64,000 nt of DNA. Source: a bacterium. Its GTDB lineage: Bacteria > JAMCPX01. The position numbers were made by a program, and so were the translations under genes. How positions within the stretch are numbered: position 1 is the stretch's first letter; every line of letters begins with the position of its first letter. Shown one piece after another: positions 58,830 to 64,000 of the stretch. The notes beneath the pieces were generated by a model. The model was not told the origin of the DNA and ran no database searches. It saw nothing but the letters and a program-made list of their open reading frames with translations. The stretch spans positions 1 through 64,000 of the forward strand of contig JBBIVV010000005.1 in assembly GCA_037439545.1 (NCBI GenBank), read 5' to 3'.

Positions 58830-60041
58830 ATGGCTATTTTTACTTGGGAAGGAATGAAAAAAACAGGCGAAGTCGTAAAAGGCAGTACAGATGCTCAGAG
58901 TGAAAATGCCGTCATAGCCATACTCAGACAACAGGATATAAGGCCTACCAACATCAAGGAAAAGAAAGCGTCCTTTAATCTGGATAGTATAAACATCTTC
59001 AAGGAAAAGGTTACGGGCAAAGACCTGTCGATCTTCACAAGACAGTTTGCGACCATGATTGACTCTGGTCTGCCGCTTGTCCAGTGCCTGGACATACTTG
59101 GCGCACAGCAGCCGAACAAAACATTCCAGAAGACCATAAAGGACATAAAATCGTCCATTGAAGGCGGCTCTACCTTTGCCGCTGCATTAAAAAAACACCC
59201 GGACACCTTTGATTCTCTGTACTCGAATCTCGTGGCTGCAGGAGAGGTCGGCGGTATGCTCGACACAATACTTGCGCGGCTCGCGACTTATATCGAAAAA
59301 TCCGAGAAATTAAAAGGCAGGGTAAAAGGTGCCATGGTGTATCCAGTCGTTGTATTGACGATTGCCGCCGGGGCTACCGCAGTATTGCTTTTGTTTGTAA
59401 TACCCGTTTTTGCAAAGATGTTTGCAGATGTCGGTGCGGCACTGCCGGCTCCAACCCAATTCGTTATGGATCTCAGCAACTTCTTAAGGCATTACTTCCT
59501 GTATATGATTATAGGGATAGCGGCTGTCATTTATGCGATCAGGGCTTACTATAAGACAGCGAACGGAACCCTGGTCATAGACAGTATGTTATTGAAGGCG
59601 CCGGTATTCGGCGATCTTATCCGGAAAAATGCAGTGGCAAGGTTTACCAGAACGCTCTCAACGATGATCTCAAGCGGTGTTCCTATCATGGACGGTCTCG
59701 AAATCGTTGCCCGCACATCAGGCAATAAGATCATCGAGAATGCGATTATGAAAGCACGGGAAAGCATCGCTGCAGGCAAAACGATATCCGAGCCACTCGG
59801 TCAGACAAAGGTCTTCCCGTCCATGGTCGTTCAGATGATCTCAGTGGGCGAGGCTACGGGTAACATGGATGCAATGCTTTCTAAAATTGCAGATTTTTAC
59901 GATGAAGAAGTCGATGCTGCCGTAGCAAGCATGACGTCCCTTATCGAGCCGCTGCTAATCGTGTTCCTCGGTGTTGTTATCGGCGGCCTTGTTGTTGCAA
60001 TGTACTTACCAATCTTCAAGATTGCAAGTACGGTTAAATGA
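58830..60041 (+). CDS. pilC: Type IV pilus inner-membrane platform protein (T2SS F family)
   Basis: FTRQFATMIDSGLP, AGEVGG.LD, GEATG and IEP...AMYLPIF motifs. Confidence 0.95.
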   Translation: MAIFTWEGMKKTGEVVKGSTDAQSENAVIAILRQQDIRPTNIKEKKASFNLDSINIFKEKVTGKDLSIFTRQFATMIDSGLPLVQCLDILGAQQPNKTFQKTIKDIKSSIEGGSTFAAALKKHPDTFDSLYSNLVAAGEVGGMLDTILARLATYIEKSEKLKGRVKGAMVYPVVVLTIAAGATAVLLLFVIPVFAKMFADVGAALPAPTQFVMDLSNFLRHYFLYMIIGIAAVIYAIRAYYKTANGTLVIDSMLLKAPVFGDLIRKNAVARFTRTLSTMISSGVPIMDGLEIVARTSGNKIIENAIMKARESIAAGKTISEPLGQTKVFPSMVVQMISVGEATGNMDAMLSKIADFYDEEVDAAVASMTSLIEPLLIVFLGVVIGGLVVAMYLPIFKIASTVK

Positions 60042-61717
60042 TGCGGGAAGACAGCACAGAACCGACACAAGAACTTTTACCCTCAACCTCACCGGCAACT
60101 TCACCGGTGACTTCTATAGAAAAACAGGAGCTTTTAACCAGGCTCTTCTGGTCTACTGCGATAAGACTGATTCTTATAACACTGCTTATCGGCATTGCAT
60201 TTACCACATATCAGTACAAGACGATATTCCGTGCTGCCCCATGGTTGTCGCCTTTAATAATACTGATATCAGTTCTCTATGTATTCAGCTTCATAGAACT
60301 GCTCGCCATAAAAAAGCGGAAAAGGCTTAAAGTCATAGCGTATATCGCTACATCTTGGGATGTTCTGTTTACATCAGCTCTTGTTATAGCGACAGGAGGC
60401 ATCGATAGTATATACACCTTCTTATACCTTTTCGTGGCCATCGAGGCCGGCTTCTTATTGTCACAGCAAGGAGGATTTATCTTTGCGTCTCTTTCATCGA
60501 TATTCTATGGACTCCTCGTCGATGCTCAGTTTTACAGATTAATTCCGTCATTCATACCGTCGCCCGACATAACGCGTCCTGTAAAAGACATCCTTGTCAA
60601 TCTCATAACCTATATGGGGACGACATTCTTATTGGGAATACTGAGCGCCTTTCTCGGTAATAATCTGTTAAAGGCCAAACAATCGCTGTCTGCAAGCAGC
60701 ATTGACCTCAGACATCTGACAAATCTCTATGCCATAATTGTCAATAGTATAGACTCGGGATTAATAACACTCGACGAACACTATAATTTAAATACCATGA
60801 ATCCTGCGGCAGTGCGCATAACCGGCTATGATCTTCATGACATTGAAGGGAAAAAAATAGATGACATTATGCCGGGGATCCAACTGCCGGCTACCGGAGT
60901 CAAAAGGAACGAATTAGTCATTAAAAAAAAAGATAAACACGGTGTGCAGATAGGTTACACTATGTCTAACCTGCACGATGAAACAGGCAAGATGATAGGT
61001 ACAGTCATAGCATTTCAGGATCTTACCGAGATGAAGAAGATGGAAGCCAAGCTGAAGCGCTCCGACATCCTTGCAACCGCAGGCAGGCTTGCTGCAAGCG
61101 TTGCGCATGAAATACGAAACCCTCTTGCGTCTATCAGCGGTATGGTCCAGATACTTATGGAAGATTTAAAAAGCAACAAGGAATTTGAAAAACCGTTGGA
61201 CCTCATATTCAGGGAAGTAGACAGAATAAACAATCTCATTACAGAGTTCCTGTCGATGTCGAAACCTGTTACCCATATTCAGGAAGGTATACTCTTGAAA
61301 CCGATTGTCGACGAAGTTTTTGAAAGTGTCATGAAGAGGGTGGATTATAATCCTTTGGTAAAACTGCTGAACCCGTTATCGGACGATATAACGATAAAGG
61401 CAGACAAACTTAAAATAAAACAGGTGTTGCTCAACCTTGTTCTTAATGCTATTCATGCAATTAAGGAAACAGGGTTTGTAACTGTAAAATGCATGAAAGA
61501 GAATAAACATACCAGACTGTCGGTCGAGGACAATGGAGGAGGCATGGATGAAAACGAACTAAAGCTGTGCCTAGAACCTTTTTGGACAACGAATCCCGGA
61601 GGTACGGGACTCGGACTGCCGGTGGTGCAGGCCATTGTTGAACAGCACTATGGTGTTTTATTCATAAAAAGCAAAAAAGGTGAAGGAACACATGTTGAAA
61701 TCGAACTGCCTTTATAA
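60038..61717 (+). CDS. pilS: PilS-type sensor histidine kinase (multi-TM, PAS, HisKA, HATPase)
   Basis: ATGGIDS in the TM region, a PAS domain, AHEIRNPL and GTGLGL. Located between pilC and pilR. Confidence 0.88.
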   Translation: MMREDSTEPTQELLPSTSPATSPVTSIEKQELLTRLFWSTAIRLILITLLIGIAFTTYQYKTIFRAAPWLSPLIILISVLYVFSFIELLAIKKRKRLKVIAYIATSWDVLFTSALVIATGGIDSIYTFLYLFVAIEAGFLLSQQGGFIFASLSSIFYGLLVDAQFYRLIPSFIPSPDITRPVKDILVNLITYMGTTFLLGILSAFLGNNLLKAKQSLSASSIDLRHLTNLYAIIVNSIDSGLITLDEHYNLNTMNPAAVRITGYDLHDIEGKKIDDIMPGIQLPATGVKRNELVIKKKDKHGVQIGYTMSNLHDETGKMIGTVIAFQDLTEMKKMEAKLKRSDILATAGRLAASVAHEIRNPLASISGMVQILMEDLKSNKEFEKPLDLIFREVDRINNLITEFLSMSKPVTHIQEGILLKPIVDEVFESVMKRVDYNPLVKLLNPLSDDITIKADKLKIKQVLLNLVLNAIHAIKETGFVTVKCMKENKHTRLSVEDNGGGMDENELKLCLEPFWTTNPGGTGLGLPVVQAIVEQHYGVLFIKSKKGEGTHVEIELPL

Positions 61718-61737
61718 AATAATAAAGAAAGCACTCT

Positions 61738-63120
61738 ATGATCCAGATACTTGCTGTTGATGATGATAAAAGCATGCGTGAGTTCCTTGAGCTCATACTT
61801 AAAAGGGAAAGGTACGATGTAACCTGCGCCAAAGACGGTGCGGACGCTATCCTGCTTTTGAAAGACAATTTTTTTGATCTGATAATAACTGATCTTATGA
61901 TGCCCGCTATAAACGGTTTGGAGGTATTGAAAAAGGCAAAAGAGATTTACCCGGATATAAAGGTTATTGTAATTACTGCATTCGGTACCATAGAAACTGC
62001 TGTAGAAGCAATAAAGCTCGGTGCTTATGACTACATCACAAAACCCTTTAACAACGATGATTTAAGGCAGCGAATCCGGCGGGCAATCGAAACCCAGAAA
62101 ATCGAGCACGAGAACAAAAGGCTGAAACAGGAACTCGGGGTGAAGGATGGGAAATGGGACATTATAGGTGTAAGCAGCATCATGCAGGATATTTTCAACC
62201 TCATAGAAAGGGTAAAGGATACGAGAACGAATGTTCTTATCTATGGTGAATCGGGAACGGGCAAAGAACTGGTAGCCCGCGCAATACACAATCAGGGTGC
62301 GAGACAGAATGAGCCGTTTATACCGATCAACTGCGGCGCAATACCTGAAAATCTTGTGGAGAGTGAACTGTTCGGGCATAAAAGGGGTGCATTTACCGGT
62401 GCTACGGAAAACAAAAAGGGGCTTTTTCTCGAAGCAGACGGGGGGACAATCTTCCTTGACGAAGTCAGTGAATTGCCGTTTCAAACACAGGTTAAACTGT
62501 TAAGGGTTATTCAGGACAAAAAAATTAAACCTGTCGGAGACTCACTGGAATATCCGGTCGATGTCAGGATTCTCTCAGCGACAAACAGGAACCTGAAACA
62601 GCTCGTAAAAGAGTCGAAATTCCGGGAGGACCTCTTCTACCGGTTAAATGTGATACAGATAGAAATGAAACCATTGAGAGACAGAAAGGATGATATTCTT
62701 CCCCTTGCGAGACATTTTCTTGAAAAATACGGTAAAGAGTTCGGCAAAAAAATCCAGGATTTTTCGAATGCAGCGATCGATATATTGAAAAATTATTATT
62801 ATCCGGGCAACGTCAGAGAGCTTGAGAACATCGTGGAAAGGGCAGTTGCAATAGAATCGGCCGCTGTTATCCTGCCGGAATCCCTGCCGCAGGAATTGAC
62901 CCATGCAGTTCCGGACAATACCGGCCGGGCATATACCCTGGAAGATATCAAATCAAGATTCAACGGGGTTATCGACAACCTGCTGAATACGATAGAGAAG
63001 GGATTGATAGAAGATGCGCTCAAGGTAAGTTCCAATGACCGGCTAAAAACCTGCACATTGCTGGGTATCCCCATGCGATCGCTGAGATATAGAATCAAAA
63101 AATATAACATTATGGATTAA
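61738..63120 (+). CDS. pilR: PilR-type sigma54-dependent response regulator
   Basis: Receiver domain, [23 protein letters not shown] and C-terminal RSLRYR, plus synteny with the pil genes. Confidence 0.88.
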   Translation: MIQILAVDDDKSMREFLELILKRERYDVTCAKDGADAILLLKDNFFDLIITDLMMPAINGLEVLKKAKEIYPDIKVIVITAFGTIETAVEAIKLGAYDYITKPFNNDDLRQRIRRAIETQKIEHENKRLKQELGVKDGKWDIIGVSSIMQDIFNLIERVKDTRTNVLIYGESGTGKELVARAIHNQGARQNEPFIPINCGAIPENLVESELFGHKRGAFTGATENKKGLFLEADGGTIFLDEVSELPFQTQVKLLRVIQDKKIKPVGDSLEYPVDVRILSATNRNLKQLVKESKFREDLFYRLNVIQIEMKPLRDRKDDILPLARHFLEKYGKEFGKKIQDFSNAAIDILKNYYYPGNVRELENIVERAVAIESAAVILPESLPQELTHAVPDNTGRAYTLEDIKSRFNGVIDNLLNTIEKGLIEDALKVSSNDRLKTCTLLGIPMRSLRYRIKKYNIMD

Positions 63121-63210
63121 GAAAGCTTGATTTATAGACGGACTTAATATATTCATTGTCAGAAAAACATTATTATGTTTGATTGAATTTTAAATAAATG
63201 AGGAGGCACG

Positions 63211-64000
63211 ATGAAAATATTTAACATAGTTATATTATTCTGTACCATTGTCATGGCCCCTGCAGTTCTCATTGCATCTCCGTCCGACAGTCAGAATTCC
63301 GGAATAATCGAGATTCCATCCGCAACAACGGTCGCGCCCGAAGCGCCGGCACCGTCCATAATGCCGGTCCAGTCCGCAGCAGCATCGCCGCCTTTTACTC
63401 TCAATTCCAGCACTTATCTCAACACGTTCGGATTGAATGGTAATAACATTGACAATAAGTATCTTCCTTTCTATGAAGACCTGAACTTTAAATACCTTAC
63501 CTTAAGCAAAGGTTTGAGCATAGAGGCCTCTGGATGGTTGAGATACGATTTACTCTCCAATGAATACACCAACAGGGCAAACGCTGATTTTACCTACGGC
63601 TACCTTAACTATCAACCCGGTTCACTTCCTCTGAAGTTGAAGCTCGGAAGGGTTTATAGCTGGTTTGGATGTGCCAACGACCATTATGACGGCATTGAAC
63701 TGATGCTTCAAAATATCCATGGGTTTGGAATCGGCGCTTTTGCCGGAAGTGAGGTTGATTCACAGCTTCACGATACACCCGGAGGCGTTACGGCGGGAGG
63801 CAGGTTATCCTATGACTCATCCCTCTTTGGTATTGGTGGTTCTTTGTTTTATGCTGCGAACAATGATTACCTGTCCCAGTACAGGTGGGGCGCAGATGGA
63901 TGGGTAAAGCCAGCCGACATGCTTTATCTATTTGGCAGGTACTATTATGATATGGTTGATAAAAGGCTTTATGACGGAACTGTAAAATTATCATTAACCC
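63211..64000 (+). CDS. Exported outer-membrane beta-barrel protein, porin-like (truncated by window end)
   Basis: Absent from the ORF track because it has no stop in the window. AGGAGG RBS, signal peptide MKIFNIVILFCTIVMAPAVLIA, Pro/Ala linker, then amphipathic beta strands (LPFYEDL, SGWLRYDL, YGYLNY, LGR, GGRLSY, GADGWVKP). Confidence 0.7.
   Translation, partial: MKIFNIVILFCTIVMAPAVLIASPSDSQNSGIIEIPSATTVAPEAPAPSIMPVQSAAASPPFTLNSSTYLNTFGLNGNNIDNKYLPFYEDLNFKYLTLSKGLSIEASGWLRYDLLSNEYTNRANADFTYGYLNYQPGSLPLKLKLGRVYSWFGCANDHYDGIELMLQNIHGFGIGAFAGSEVDSQLHDTPGGVTAGGRLSYDSSLFGIGGSLFYAANNDYLSQYRWGADGWVKPADMLYLFGRYYYDMVDKRLYDGTVKLSLT

Noticed and set aside
212..62904. Numerous short ORFs antisense to or out of frame with the long genes (for example 212-766, 21297-22067, 44679-45272, 57847-58416)
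   Set aside because: They are shadow ORFs overlapping well-supported genes and have no recognisable motifs.
63719..63994. Short ORFs 63719-63907 and 63788-63994
   Set aside because: Both overlap the longer open frame starting at 63211, which has an RBS and signal peptide.
1..64000. CRISPR array, tRNA, rRNA, prophage or intact transposase
   Set aside because: I saw no regularly spaced direct repeats, cloverleaf or rRNA-like segments, or phage/transposase motifs by eye. tRNAscan and Infernal were not run.

Overview
A gene-dense 64 kb bacterial chromosome segment with a deltaproteobacterial (Desulfobacterota/Myxococcota-like) gene repertoire. I found no rRNA, tRNA, CRISPR array, prophage or intact transposase. 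The strongest candidate for an undescribed system is at 1-8.2 kb. There, a sigma54-dependent operon (two GcvH-like proteins without the canonical lipoyl-lysine motif, a HybA/HmcB-type 4x[4Fe-4S] protein and a HybB/NrfD-type membrane subunit) diverges from a regulatory operon (sensor kinase with two heme c-type motifs, archaemetzincin protease, NtrC-family activator, TatC). A -24/-12 promoter and two tandem candidate enhancer sites are visible between the operons. Other modules: a PEGA/TPR/DUF192/Ser-Thr kinase operon; an APC permease-USP-two-RCK (TrkA) operon lacking TrkH; acyl-CoA carboxylase genes with no adjacent biotin carrier; glycan modification genes; gatB-asmA-mtnA; a GAF-GGDEF-EAL protein; lipid catabolic genes; an S8 protease with a MYXO-CTERM-like tail; and pilB-pilT-pilC-pilS-pilR followed by a beta-barrel porin-like gene instead of pilA. 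Several MITE/REP-like palindromic elements lie in intergenic spaces. All functional calls come from motif recognition by eye, with no database searches, and several starts were moved from the ORF track using RBS position.
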